From positions 121,962-185,961 of IMG/VR virus record IMGVR_UViG_3300033153_013152: a DNA stretch of 64,000 bases. One strand, given 5' to 3'. The translations under genes and the position numbers were made by a program. The notes beneath the pieces are model-generated. The model searched no databases. It was given only the letters and a program-made list of their open reading frames with translations, and had not been told where the DNA came from. Positions 31,921-43,681 of the stretch are shown piece after piece. Source of the stretch: a virus. The number at the start of each line of letters is the position of its first letter. Within the stretch, counting starts at the first letter, position 1.

Positions 31921-32863
31921 TTAAAACCTCTTATTTGCAATATATAAACCATTATTATACAAAATACTAAAAGGATCCTTAATTCTTTTATTTTCCAACA
32001 AATACTTAATATTATAAATTTCTTGTCTAACACTAATAACTGGACGATAATCAAAAACAGAATTAACCAAATCAGTACTAACTCTATAATTTCTTTCATC
32101 TTGAAAAGATTTTTTTACATATTCAACATCTATATCAGGAAAAACATCTACAATTTCTTCTGATAAATCCTTAATTTTAACATTCTTATAGGCCAAATTA
32201 TATAATCCTTCGTGTTTTTTTTCACACGCTTCACGAATATAACCGGCTATATCTTCAACAGAAATTATTGGTCTCCATTGGTTGCCACCATTTACAACAA
32301 TCTTTTTTTCATTAAATGCCCTAATTGTTAAAATATTTACAACCAAATCAGCCCTAATTCTACTATGCAAATCACCCATTCCATAAACAGTACCGAGTCT
32401 AAAAATAGTACCACCAACTTCTAAAACGTGCTTTTCTGCTCTTAATTTAGTAGAAGCATAACAAGATAAAGGATTTGTTTTGCCATATTCATTTAAAATA
32501 TCATTATTAATACCATATACAGATGCAGAACTCATAAAAATTATATGCTTATTTTCCGGTAAAAATTTACATATTTTTTTAACTGCTTCATAATTAACTT
32601 CTTCTGTTAATTGTTGATTTACAGCACAAGCCGGATCTCCCACAATAGCACCCAACAAAACAACAACATCAACATCTCTAGATGATTCTACAACTTTTTG
32701 TGTATCCCTTATGTCTCCAAAAATAAATTCTAATGGTTTCAAATAACGATCTTCGTATAGTAAATTATCATAAACCTTAACTTCATAACCAAAATTTGAC
32801 AATAAATCACAAGTCAATCCGACCAATATATCCAGCACCACCTACAACCAAAACTTTAGACAT
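31921..32863 (-). CDS. NAD-dependent epimerase/dehydratase (~313 aa), +1 break at CGGA 32818-32821
   Basis: MSKVLVVGGAGYIG-G-LTCDLL restored; IVGDPAC, YASTK, RLGTVYG. Confidence 0.9.
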
Positions 32864-33563
32864 TTTGTACCATCCTATGAATCTTATATGCTTCCGCATA
32901 TTTTATACCAATTTCTGCACCTCTAATTTTACTAATTCTTTCCAAATTCTCAACACTTCTAGAATATGGATCACTTCGCATTTGACTATTATGTAATTTA
33001 ATAAGTTCTAACTTAAAATTACAATCTTCTTTTGTCATTGGTAAATAAAAAGTTGGTTTAAAATTTTCTCCAACTGTCCAACTATATGGTTCTTCATATT
33101 CTAACACACAATTTACAAAATGTTTCATATTTTTTGGAATTGGTCTAAGAGCGGCATATGCAGCATCAAAAACTTTTCTATGATCTTGATTATAACTATT
33201 TTGAAATGGAATACAAACTAAATCAGGTTTAATATATTCTATTTCATTTTCTATATATTTTATCAATTCATTATTCAAGCGATAATCGTAAAACCAACCC
33301 TTTGGTGGAAGAGTATATGATAAATTACCAAATTCAGATACTTTTTTTATCTCTTCAATTCTATCTTCTGTTGTGGTAAAATTTCCATTTGCCTGTCTGA
33401 CAGAATCGACTCCCAAAAGAACATAAGAAAAATACAAAATACTAGTTTTTATTCTATTTTTCTTTGCCCAACCAATTAAACCACCACATCCAATACATTC
33501 ATCATCTGGATGCGGAGACAATATTAAAATATTATTAAAAAACATAATCATTAACCAACGCAT
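32856..33563 (-). CDS. PIG-L/LmbE family de-N-acetylase
   Basis: SPHPDDECIGCGG, HQ-like NQDHR, EAY. Confidence 0.9.
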   Translation of the reverse strand: MRWLMIMFFNNILILSPHPDDECIGCGGLIGWAKKNRIKTSILYFSYVLLGVDSVRQANGNFTTTEDRIEEIKKVSEFGNLSYTLPPKGWFYDYRLNNELIKYIENEIEYIKPDLVCIPFQNSYNQDHRKVFDAAYAALRPIPKNMKHFVNCVLEYEEPYSWTVGENFKPTFYLPMTKEDCNFKLELIKLHNSQMRSDPYSRSVENLERISKIRGAEIGIKYAEAYKIHRMVQNV

Positions 33564-34335
33564 AAGAATTCTTTATGCCCATTTTATTCCTAAATTCCTC
33601 TACACTAATTCCCCATTTATCAATAAAAATTTGTTGACCATCATTCATTCTTTCTTTTGCAGACATTTTTCTATAAGTACCCGATGAAAAATGATAACAT
33701 CTTGAACTACCAAGCAACTTAAAATGTCTACAACCAGACTTATAAGCTCTAGCGGCAAAATCATGATCACACGCATAACCAGGAAAATAATCAAAATCCA
33801 TACCGCCAAACTCATTCCAAAAATCTTTAGTAAGACAATTTGGAAAACTATATTGAATTGTATCTATTTTAACATAATTTTTAAGTTCATTTAAATAAAA
33901 ATTCAACAACCTATTTTCATCAAAACTATTGGCATCATGCCCACAATAACAAATTGGACATTCAGGATTTCCGGGAAAAGGCTCTATAACTGCATAACCA
34001 ATAACAAATTTTTTTATATTTTCTTTTTCTAATTTTCTAATTTCTTTAACCAATTCAATATCCCAATTTGGAAGCAAATAATGATCTGCATTAGGCAAAA
34101 ATACATAATCATATTTAGCTTGTTCAACAGCATAATTTAATGCAGGATTACCTTCATTTTTTTTACTTTTTGAATATTTTATCTTTTCTTGCTTCAACCA
34201 TTCTTCCGTACCATCAATTGAAGCATTATCATGAACTATAAATTCATATTTTATTTTTGTATTTCTTTTAATACTACCATAAAGAATCTTTAAATAATCT
34301 AAATCATTATAAGCAACACAACATATACTAATCAT
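33535..34335 (-). CDS. Glycosyltransferase family 2
   Basis: HDNASIDGT, NADH, DHDF. Confidence 0.85.
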   Translation of the reverse strand: MISICCVAYNDLDYLKILYGSIKRNTKIKYEFIVHDNASIDGTEEWLKQEKIKYSKSKKNEGNPALNYAVEQAKYDYVFLPNADHYLLPNWDIELVKEIRKLEKENIKKFVIGYAVIEPFPGNPECPICYCGHDANSFDENRLLNFYLNELKNYVKIDTIQYSFPNCLTKDFWNEFGGMDFDYFPGYACDHDFAARAYKSGCRHFKLLGSSRCYHFSSGTYRKMSAKERMNDGQQIFIDKWGISVEEFRNKMGIKNSYALVNDYVF

Positions 34336-35285
34336 AATATGACCTTATAATCTAAATAACCCAATACAGTAGTCTCATACCAATGGCTAAATGGTACATT
34401 TCCATTTATATATTCATCATAAAAACACTCCATAGCATTAGCGCCAGAAGCTACAGTAATCATGTGTCCACCAGATAAACGAGGATTTATTTCTAATATT
34501 TTTAAATTTCCCTCTTTATCCTCTTTCCATTGAATACAAATTGGACCCCTAAATTTTAACTTATCAATTATCTTTTGTGTTGCATCTATAATTCTATTAT
34601 CTCTTAAAGTCCTTCCCTTCAAAGAAACTCCATCCATCGTTTGAATTCTTTCTCTTGGAACTATATATGGAACATATCCACCCTTAGAAACATAACAATC
34701 AACCGTATATTCTTTGCCAGGAAGATCCTCCATAACCAAATAATCTCTATAATTCCAAAATGCATTACAATATTTTGGAATCTCATATTTCGCTATTCTT
34801 CGACAACCAGTACTTCCTCTGCCTTTTATTGGCTTTAAAAATAAAAAAATATCATCCACATCCCACAAATATGAATCACCAAGAATATGAAATCCAACAG
34901 AAAATTCTGGTAAATTTTCCCTAACCCACCTATAAAAATCTATCTTATTACAACAAAGCGAAACAGTTTCGAAATCAGAAAGAATAACTTGAGCCTTTGT
35001 GTTTTTTGTAATATTATTTATATCTTCTAATTCTTCTTGTAAAGTTGGAATAATATAATCAATACTCCATTCATCAATCATTTTTAACAAATCTTTTTCA
35101 TATTGATTCCTACTTGCAAAAGAAGCCATTGTTCTAAATTCATTAGCAAAAATTTGACCAGATGAATGCGGATCTATATCGGTTGCAAAAAGTCTTAATT
35201 GGTCATACTTTACCAACAATCTAAGTGCATTAATTCCTGCACCACCACCTGCAGCAGTAACTAAAACATTTTTTACATTTCGCAT
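34332..35285 (-). CDS. ATP-grasp ligase
   Basis: LKPIKGRGS, EDLPGKEYTVD, LEINPRLSGG. Confidence 0.85.
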   Translation of the reverse strand: MRNVKNVLVTAAGGGAGINALRLLVKYDQLRLFATDIDPHSSGQIFANEFRTMASFASRNQYEKDLLKMIDEWSIDYIIPTLQEELEDINNITKNTKAQVILSDFETVSLCCNKIDFYRWVRENLPEFSVGFHILGDSYLWDVDDIFLFLKPIKGRGSTGCRRIAKYEIPKYCNAFWNYRDYLVMEDLPGKEYTVDCYVSKGGYVPYIVPRERIQTMDGVSLKGRTLRDNRIIDATQKIIDKLKFRGPICIQWKEDKEGNLKILEINPRLSGGHMITVASGANAMECFYDEYINGNVPFSHWYETTVLGYLDYKVIL

Positions 35286-36508
35286 AACGAAAAATACTCC
35301 TGCAATAATTTTTCTGACAAATCATCATTCACCAATGGTCTTGGAGACTGATGATAAAAATACTCACACCTAATTCTCTTGTCCTTGATATTCAAATCAT
35401 TAAATATTTCTGAACCATAATATGGAGCAAACACAGATAGAGAATATTTGTCTGCATTTATTTCTTTTGCAAAATCTATAGTTTGCCTCAAATCAGCATC
35501 AGTTTCGCCAGGAAATCCAGTCATCAAATAACACGTAACAGGAATATCATTATCAACAAGATTCTTAATTCCTTCTCTCATTTGTTTCTTTGTTTCGCCC
35601 TTTTTAATCATTTTCAAAATTCTATCACTACCACTTTCTACACCAACTCTAGCATTAATACAACCGGATTTTTTCATCATATAACAAACTTCTTTATCTA
35701 ACCTATCCAATCTTACATTACATTCCCACTTAATATTCAATTTTTCAATTTTCTCAAAAAGACTTAATGCTCTTTTCTTATCCAAAACCAAAGTATCATC
35801 TAAAAAATAAAACTCATTCATATTATATTTTACCATATTTTGCTTTATTTCTTCAACAACAAAATCTGGATTACGAAATCTAACTTTCTTTTTCCATATA
35901 TTAGAACTAGCACAAAATGTACATTGATACGGACAACCTCTTGAAGTTATTATATAACGCCTATCTAAATATTTTTCTTCTTCTTTTGTCACTCCCCAAA
36001 TCTTATCTTTCTCCGGAAACTTAAAGGCATCTATTGGAATAATATTTCTTAAAGGCCAAAACAAATATTCGCCCTCTTTATAAAAAACATAATTTATTTT
36101 TTCCAACTTATTTCCAATATTGGGTTCTAAAATCGCATGTGGCCCGCCAATAATTTGTACAATATTTTTATCATATTCCGATACTTTCCTAGAAACAATA
36201 TCAATGGCTTTTAAATTAGCAGTATATGCACTATATCCAACAATACAAGGTTCAAACTCTAAAATTTTTCTAGTAGTTTCTTCCCATATTTCATGATCTG
36301 AATTATCAAAAATTTGCCCATATGTCTCATTACTATTAAAAATATTTTTTAAGGTATTATATTCATTTGGTAAAAAATCTGCATTATATATCCACGTATC
36401 ATATCTATCTTGTAAAGCTGCAGCAGTATAACCCAATCCCAAATTTATAGCATTATAATTCGTACCAAGAAGCCTATAAAAAGGAATATTTACCAATAAA
36501 ATACGCAT
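35273..36508 (-). CDS. Cobalamin-binding radical SAM protein
   Basis: IIGGPHA B12 domain; SRGCPYQCTFC; GVESGS. Confidence 0.9.
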   Translation of the reverse strand: MRILLVNIPFYRLLGTNYNAINLGLGYTAAALQDRYDTWIYNADFLPNEYNTLKNIFNSNETYGQIFDNSDHEIWEETTRKILEFEPCIVGYSAYTANLKAIDIVSRKVSEYDKNIVQIIGGPHAILEPNIGNKLEKINYVFYKEGEYLFWPLRNIIPIDAFKFPEKDKIWGVTKEEEKYLDRRYIITSRGCPYQCTFCASSNIWKKKVRFRNPDFVVEEIKQNMVKYNMNEFYFLDDTLVLDKKRALSLFEKIEKLNIKWECNVRLDRLDKEVCYMMKKSGCINARVGVESGSDRILKMIKKGETKKQMREGIKNLVDNDIPVTCYLMTGFPGETDADLRQTIDFAKEINADKYSLSVFAPYYGSEIFNDLNIKDKRIRCEYFYHQSPRPLVNDDLSEKLLQEYFSLCEM

Positions 36509-36510
36509 TA

Positions 36511-37206
36511 TTATGAAATCTTCTTTATAATATATAAATCATGATGTTTGTCTGGACCACCTTCCAATCCAGCATTTGGAACCAACTTTTTCAACTCTAT
36601 ACTATTTTCATTAAAACTTTCAGAAAACCATCTTTTGTTATTCCATCCATTATCGCCACTAAATCCCTCATGAGAAACCCAATATCCACCAACTTTCAAC
36701 AGTGGAAAAAGTTTCTTAGTAATAGAAATAGAATCATAATATTCTTTTTTGTTATCTTCCGGAACAAATCCTATATGATGAAAAACATAAGTATTAAATA
36801 TTAAATCATATTTTTGAGACAAAATAACATCATCTATATCTGTAGATACATAATATCTATCCTCATCAAATCCTTGCTTCTTCAAATACTCCAAGCCAAC
36901 AAATGAAGTATCAAAACCATAATATTTAATATGTTCCGTTTCATTAATAAAAAATTGAGCATTTCTACCACAACCACAACCAATTTCTAAAACTTTTTCA
37001 ACTTTATCAATAAAATCATCACCATAATTATCTACTAAAATTTTTTGCCTAAAATCTGTAGGACCAGGATTTGGAGATCTTAAGGTCCATACCTTATCTG
37101 GAGTATACTTATTCATAATACATTTATCTCCACCATATCTATTGGGTTCATAATTTTCATTATCATAATCAATTCTTCCCAAATTTTTTAACTTCATTTT
37201 AACCAC
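36511..37206 (-). CDS. Class I SAM-dependent methyltransferase
   Basis: VLEIGCGCG, YGFD, VFHH. Confidence 0.8.
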   Translation of the reverse strand: MVKMKLKNLGRIDYDNENYEPNRYGGDKCIMNKYTPDKVWTLRSPNPGPTDFRQKILVDNYGDDFIDKVEKVLEIGCGCGRNAQFFINETEHIKYYGFDTSFVGLEYLKKQGFDEDRYYVSTDIDDVILSQKYDLIFNTYVFHHIGFVPEDNKKEYYDSISITKKLFPLLKVGGYWVSHEGFSGDNGWNNKRWFSESFNENSIELKKLVPNAGLEGGPDKHHDLYIIKKIS

Positions 37207-37236
37207 TCCTCCTATACAATATTAATAAAAAATTTT

Positions 37237-38079
37237 TTATTTATTTTTCCTATTTCTGAAAAAAAATAATGTACTTCTACAACAATGTTCAAATTCGGAA
37301 AATTCACAACTCATTTTATATAATTTTAATAAATCTGCGACACTAAAATATTCTTTTATATTATTATCTTTTATATAAGATTGTATTAAAATAGTTTCAT
37401 CAGTTACATAATCTGGATGAAATCTCATATCATGAACTCCAACCCAACAACCATCTTTTAATAATGAAAAAAACTCATTAATATATCTTTCCGAAAACTC
37501 TTTACTATGATCAGAATCGACAAAAAGAAAATCAATATCTTTCAATTTTTCCCTATCCATAGTATCAAAAACATTACCATGTTTAACATTAACAAAATCT
37601 ATATTATATTTATTTAAAGATTTTTTTGTATCTATAACATATTCCTCATTTATCTCATGAGTATCAAAATAATCAGGAATTTGACCCAAATCTTTTAAAG
37701 ATTTTGAAATAATTGTAGTAGAACAACCCTTACCACTTCCAATCTCCATTATTTTTTTAGGTTTAATTTTCTGTATAAAATTATATAAAAATATTTTTTC
37801 TTTTTCATCTAATTGACCACCTTCATAACAAAATTTATTATCAAAAAGAGAACGATCAAAAAAATTATCAATAACAAATTTAACATTACAACAAATCATA
37901 TCATAATAATATTTTTTTAAATCATCATCAAAAATATCAGTAATAACTAAAATTTGACCATTCTCATCTTCATCTTTTCTAAAATAATAAAGACCTTCCT
38001 TTCTAGAAAAATATTTATCCAAAATTATATAACAATCATCAATATTTGGAATTTTACTCAATCTGACTGCAAAATTCAT
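37237..38079 (-). CDS. Class I methyltransferase (Methyltransf_24-like)
   Basis: IMEIGSGKG, FVDSDH, VHD. Confidence 0.75.
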   Translation of the reverse strand: MNFAVRLSKIPNIDDCYIILDKYFSRKEGLYYFRKDEDENGQILVITDIFDDDLKKYYYDMICCNVKFVIDNFFDRSLFDNKFCYEGGQLDEKEKIFLYNFIQKIKPKKIMEIGSGKGCSTTIISKSLKDLGQIPDYFDTHEINEEYVIDTKKSLNKYNIDFVNVKHGNVFDTMDREKLKDIDFLFVDSDHSKEFSERYINEFFSLLKDGCWVGVHDMRFHPDYVTDETILIQSYIKDNNIKEYFSVADLLKLYKMSCEFSEFEHCCRSTLFFFRNRKNK

Positions 38080-38091
38080 TAAAATCCGCCC

Positions 38092-38808
38092 CTATATTTT
38101 TTTATAATTAATAAACCCACCCAAATGACCACATAAACTAGTACAATCACCATCTATAAAATTATAAACATATCCTTCTTTTGAAAACTTATTATCAAAT
38201 AACGAAGATAACCAAAAACCATCATCATTTTGATCATCAAAAAAAACACAAAAATTATTATTATTAGTCTTCTTAAAATAATTTAATTCTCCTAACATAT
38301 GTTCTTTTGTATGTAAACTATCATGACAATAAAAATCATAATCCATATTTTCTACTTTACTTAAAAAATCCAAAGAATCACAACCAGTATATAAATGCCA
38401 CTTATCATATCCACCATAAGGAACATATTTAGCAACATTACTTAAATCATCTGACAATTCAACAGAATCGACTTCTGCAAAATTTTCCATAGCCGCAGAA
38501 AGTATGAATGAAGTATAAAAACCACCCGACACTCCCGTTTCTAAAATTTTCTTACATTTATAATATCTTATCAAAGAATAAATAACACACGCATTTAAAA
38601 AAGTTCCTGGACCACCTAAAGGAAATAAATCACCCATTTCTTTCATTTTTATATGTCGAAACATTGCCAATTGTAATAACTCAACTTTTTTCCAAATTTC
38701 ATTAACAATATATTTATCAAAAATTTCACTAAACGGAAGATCGAATTGATTACAAACTTCTCTCAATCCAACAATAACAAATCTTTCTACTGGAAAATTT
38801 TTATACAT
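38092..38808 (-). CDS. Class I methyltransferase (Methyltransf_24-like)
   Basis: ILETGVSGG, HDSLHT, FDD. Confidence 0.75.
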   Translation of the reverse strand: MYKNFPVERFVIVGLREVCNQFDLPFSEIFDKYIVNEIWKKVELLQLAMFRHIKMKEMGDLFPLGGPGTFLNACVIYSLIRYYKCKKILETGVSGGFYTSFILSAAMENFAEVDSVELSDDLSNVAKYVPYGGYDKWHLYTGCDSLDFLSKVENMDYDFYCHDSLHTKEHMLGELNYFKKTNNNNFCVFFDDQNDDGFWLSSLFDNKFSKEGYVYNFIDGDCTSLCGHLGGFINYKKI

Positions 38809-39603
38809 TTATTTTATCCTCACATACAAAGGAATTAATTTAGGATGCCATTGACCTGGATGAATAGCATCTTCATATCCTCTTTTTTTCCATTTATTTA
38901 TAAAATATAAATAAGGTTTTATACTATCTCTATCAACTGATTGTTGTTGATTTGATTTACCCTGTAAATGATAAACAAGAGAATTATTTACCATCCAAAA
39001 TTGTCTAACTCCAACATCATAAGCAGTCTGAACTAAATCATCATCAGTACTATATGAATGATAATTAGAATCTACACCACCCATTTTTTCCCACAATTTT
39101 CTATGCATAAAAAATGGCATACGATAACCACTAACTATTGAATTATCATTATAATTTTCAAAATCATACAACAAATCTTCCTCTCTAAACTCACTCCATT
39201 CCATACCATAATTTTTAATAATATGAAATTCTGTATGTCCCTTTATTGGTTCAATACTTCTAGAACAAAGAAGTTGTTTTCCTGGCGGTTTATTCTTTAA
39301 TGCATCCAAAAGAAAAATATCCCAACCAGGCATCAAATACATATCAGTATGAGGCAAATAAAAATAATCACCACTTGCTACTTTTGCACACTCATTAAGC
39401 GCACAATTTAAACCAACATTATTTCCATCTCCAATCCATTTGACATTTTGTTCTTTAGCCAAACTTTTTGAATTACCATTTCCACCATTATCATAAATAA
39501 TAAGTTCTGAATCTAATACAGAATTGGCTTCGAAACCTGGCCAAAAAATACTACTCAAAAGCATTTCCGATTTATACGACGGCAACAATATACTTATCAT
39601 CAT
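38809..39603 (-). CDS. Glycosyltransferase family 2
   Basis: ILLPSY, IYDNG, PHTD, TDDDL; paralog of 33535. Confidence 0.8.
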   Translation of the reverse strand: MMISILLPSYKSEMLLSSIFWPGFEANSVLDSELIIYDNGGNGNSKSLAKEQNVKWIGDGNNVGLNCALNECAKVASGDYFYLPHTDMYLMPGWDIFLLDALKNKPPGKQLLCSRSIEPIKGHTEFHIIKNYGMEWSEFREEDLLYDFENYNDNSIVSGYRMPFFMHRKLWEKMGGVDSNYHSYSTDDDLVQTAYDVGVRQFWMVNNSLVYHLQGKSNQQQSVDRDSIKPYLYFINKWKKRGYEDAIHPGQWHPKLIPLYVRIK

Positions 39604-40502
39604 AAATCACCAGGAAATTTATATTCATTATGAGCATAATCTTTTTCTGATAAAACTCTAACTTCTTTAATTTGAGATCTATAAGGTAAATTTATTTTTG
39701 CTACCAAATTAAATTCATTGTCAAACAACAAAATCCAACTTGGATTATTATCTCTTTTGTTTCTCATGTTCCCATTAGTACTAGCACCAACAATCCAATA
39801 TTTATCACTTTTGGCCAAACCTCTTAAAAAAATATTTTCATTAAAAATTTTACCAAAATCAAAAACAATAGCTTCCTTAATTTTGGTTTTAAAATTCAAA
39901 TAATTTATATTTTGATGATAAGAATTCAATACAAACATTTTACTATCTTCTATATAAATATTATGTATCTTGGAACCCATTTTGTCATATTTTGTTAAAT
40001 AATTAAAATCTTTATCATACAAAGAAACAAAACTGGGTTCATCATGATTATGATGAGCAACATAAAATTTATTATCAAATTTAAATATAGAATTTATATG
40101 TTCCAAATCATTTCTAGAATCCATATTTTCTACATCAATAAAATCACTATTCTTGTTATCATAAGAAATAAAAATTCTTTTATCTAGATTTCCAAAACAA
40201 TCAACTTTATCAATACTATTATAATTCGTACTACTAACATATAAAAAATCATCATAAAAAACAATCTGATGAATTCTACCACCTTTGTATGGTTCGAGAA
40301 TTTCATATTCACAATTTTCTTTTATGTAATATAATTTATGCCTATTTGAAACAAATACACTATCTTTATTCCAAGTAGCACCGTAAAACAAACTATTTTT
40401 TTGATTTTTTAATATTGGTATAATCTTACCATTTCGATATAACAATAAATGAAAAGAGGTTACAATTAAAATAGACGGAATTTCATCAACAACATCGGTC
40501 AT
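39600..40502 (-). CDS. Beta-propeller protein (paralog 3)
   Basis: YGATWN, IHQI, HINSI, IHNI, FLRGLA; C-terminus KEVRVLSEKDYAHN identical to paralog 1. Confidence 0.55.
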   Translation of the reverse strand: MTDVVDEIPSILIVTSFHLLLYRNGKIIPILKNQKNSLFYGATWNKDSVFVSNRHKLYYIKENCEYEILEPYKGGRIHQIVFYDDFLYVSSTNYNSIDKVDCFGNLDKRIFISYDNKNSDFIDVENMDSRNDLEHINSIFKFDNKFYVAHHNHDEPSFVSLYDKDFNYLTKYDKMGSKIHNIYIEDSKMFVLNSYHQNINYLNFKTKIKEAIVFDFGKIFNENIFLRGLAKSDKYWIVGASTNGNMRNKRDNNPSWILLFDNEFNLVAKINLPYRSQIKEVRVLSEKDYAHNEYKFPGDL

Positions 40503-43500
40503 TATACCTACCTTTATTTTTATTTACCCAATCTTTAACAATTTCTGGACAATCAATATTTACATCAAATTTATATTTTACATTATCCATTTCTTCTCCA
40601 CCATCTTCATAAAGTTTCTTACTCAACTCAAAAACATCATTATCATTTTCTAAATTAGCAAATCTATTTTGGCTTTCTTCTTGATATAATAAACTCCATA
40701 ACTTATCCCATGTTCCAGAATTTCTTAATTGATTAATCTTTTTCTCAATATTGAACCAACTAAAATGCCATACACTAGGAAATGATTCGAAAACCTGATT
40801 CATAACCTTTGCATATTGTTCTGGAGCATTATTTCTTATCATTTCAAACTTTTGATCATAAAAACCAGTATGAGGAAGCAAATCATATGTCATTACATTT
40901 ACATACTCACAACCATCTGACATACCCTTTTTCGCATAAACTTTACCAGTTTCTTCATTTACCAATCTTGCATGTTTATTTATTGCATGAGTTATTTCGG
41001 GTTTATTTCTAGACATTCTCCATTTCCACGAATGTCTTCTTCCTGTTGCATGTTTTTCATCTCCCCATAACTCAATAACTGGAAGATGCAAAATATCAAC
41101 TTCAGTAGGAAATCTTTTAGTAATCATTTTTATTTTTTCATAATCTCTTTCATGTACCACTTCATCACAATCTTGTTGCCACAAAAAATCTCCTTCACAT
41201 AATGCCCTAGCAAAAGCTTTCTGCATTCCATCAATACCAGGCTCCTCCCAATCAAATGCATTTTGATATAATTTAATTCTATCATCTTTTTGAGACATCT
41301 TTTCTAAAATCTCATAAGTACCATCATCAGATTCGCCATCTAATACAACCACTTCATCACAAAAACCCAACATACTATTTATAGATTCTTCGAATGGAAT
41401 TCCCAAATTAAGAGCATTATAAACAGTTGTATATCCAGAAATCGTAGAATAAATTCTTTTAAAAGTATATTCTTCATCTTTTGATAAACAACCTAAATAA
41501 TTTTTATCCAAAAATTTAGAACAAGATTGCACTACTTGTGCCGAATCAATTTCATTAATACATGGCATTTCTTTATTGTATTTACATTGATATTTATAAC
41601 ATGCTTTTTGACACATACCCATTCTATTGGCAGCTTCCAATAAAACAAATTGTGACTCTGATTTATTTTTAATCCAAGGACCAGTAGCAGAAGCGTGACT
41701 ACTGCCAAATAACGCAACCAAAGAAACACCCAAAGAGGCAGCAACATGCATAGAAAAAGTATCAATTGATAAATGTAGGGTAGAATTTTTAATAACACCA
41801 GCTAACTGCTGAAAACTTGTTTTACCCCTCAAATCAACATCAATATTTTCATACTTTGGTTCATCATCTGAACCAACTTGAACAATTTTAACACCAGGAT
41901 AAAAACCTTTTAAATTATTAATAACTTCTTGCCAATCACAATACTTTCTTGCTTCCCATTGTCCCTTTCCAGAACCGGGATGAAATGTCATATATTCACC
42001 AGGCAATTCCTCATTTAAAGAATCATCTAACTTAATAAAATAATTACCCAATTCACATTGACAATGATGTGCATATTGTTCCGCCAACAATCTTTTTCCT
42101 TGTCCTTTTCTTACCCAATTACTAAAATTGAAATGAGTCTCAACATTTGGAGTTAAAACCAAATCAAAAACTTGTTCACAAACATCAACATTCATCATAA
42201 TTTGTGACCAAGGTATTACCTTATGAACATCTTCATTATCTAACAAAATCGAAGCATATTCTGGATTAGTTGCAAAATAAATTTTTGAATTATCTGGAAG
42301 TTCACTTTTTAAACCATTAATAACAGCAGTAGATATAAATACGTCACCAGATGACATTGGCATTGTATATAATACATTATAATCTTCTTCATTATCTATA
42401 TAATTTTTCAAATGTTCTATAGGATTAATGCTTTCTTTTCCAATTTCTACAAATTGTTTTTTTATTGTATCCAAAAATTCTCTTTCAACAATTTGTAAAT
42501 TAAATTTATTTCTTACTTTTTCTGATAAATCATTAGCCCACTCTAATGGTTTCGAATATGATTTAACCATTTTTTTCATACGATGTTTTGCATTATCTTC
42601 TATTACTTCTGCCCACCTAGAACCTTCAATTAAAATATCATTCCAAACAGATTCGGGGGGAATTGGTTTCATGTCATATTCTACGGCACTAAATTTACCC
42701 TCATTAAGAAAATCCAAATGACCACTCCAATTAGTTGCAATAATTGGCAAACCACAAGATGCAGCTTCAAGCAATGGAAGCCCAAAACCTTCACCATGCG
42801 TAAAAGATAAAAATGCTTTAATTTTTGGATGGTTATAAAGCATTGACATCTCTTCATCAGAAAGATGAGCATGAATTAAATAAATTGGAGGAACTTCATT
42901 ATCAGGATATAAAGATTTAATTTGCCTTAAGGAATTCATACATGAATCATAATCTGGAACAGAATTTCTGCCTCTATTAGTTTTTATTACCAAACCAACA
43001 TCTTTCCTACCTCTAAATGTTTCAATAAAATATTTAACCATAAGAGAAATATTTTTTCTATCTTCTCCAAATCCACCTTTTCCCCACTGTCCAACAGTAA
43101 AAAAATTAAAATCTGGTTCAAAATCAAATTTTTTAATTAATGAATGATTTTGTAAATCATTAATTTTTCTAAATATATCAGTATTTACACCTTCATGACA
43201 AACAACTATTGGTTTATTTAATTTTAATTCACCAGTTTCTCCAGTTTTTTCATTTCTCCAATCTACAACAGTATCAATAAAACTTTTTTTGCTATGCTCA
43301 GAAGGAACGACAATTAGATCCATTTCATTACTTTTTTGAATCCAAACATGAGAAACTCTATCCGTTTCTATTCCGGCAGTAATTCCTACATTAAATTTTG
43401 CCTTTCTTTCCCATTCATTTGGAATAGATACGTGAAATAAAATATCCCAATCTTCTTGATTGTTCTTTTTGGCAACTTCTCTTTTTACAAGCATAGAAAC

Positions 43501-43681
43501 CATTTCTTGTTTCTGTTCATCTGGAAGTTCTATATAACTACAATTACCCCAATTAATACTTTCAAGATGAATATCAAAAATTTCTTCTTGTTTTAATGCT
43601 TCCAATAATTGTCTTGAATGCCTACCATATCCGAGATTGAGTTAGAACAGGACCTATAAATAATGTCTTAAGTTTTTTCAC
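40486..43681 (-). CDS. Trifunctional glycosyltransferase GT4+GT9+GT2 (~1064 aa), +1 break at CGGA 43630-43633
   Basis: GTG start; GPVLTQS-G-YG restored; GEGFGLPLLEA (GT4); SSGDV, FHPG, HLSIDTF..H (GT9); LDGESDDGT, QDCDE (GT2). Confidence 0.85.

Noticed and set aside
2956-42872. Many short plus-strand ORFs in the track
   Set aside because: Antisense to well-supported minus-strand genes, no motifs or RBS.
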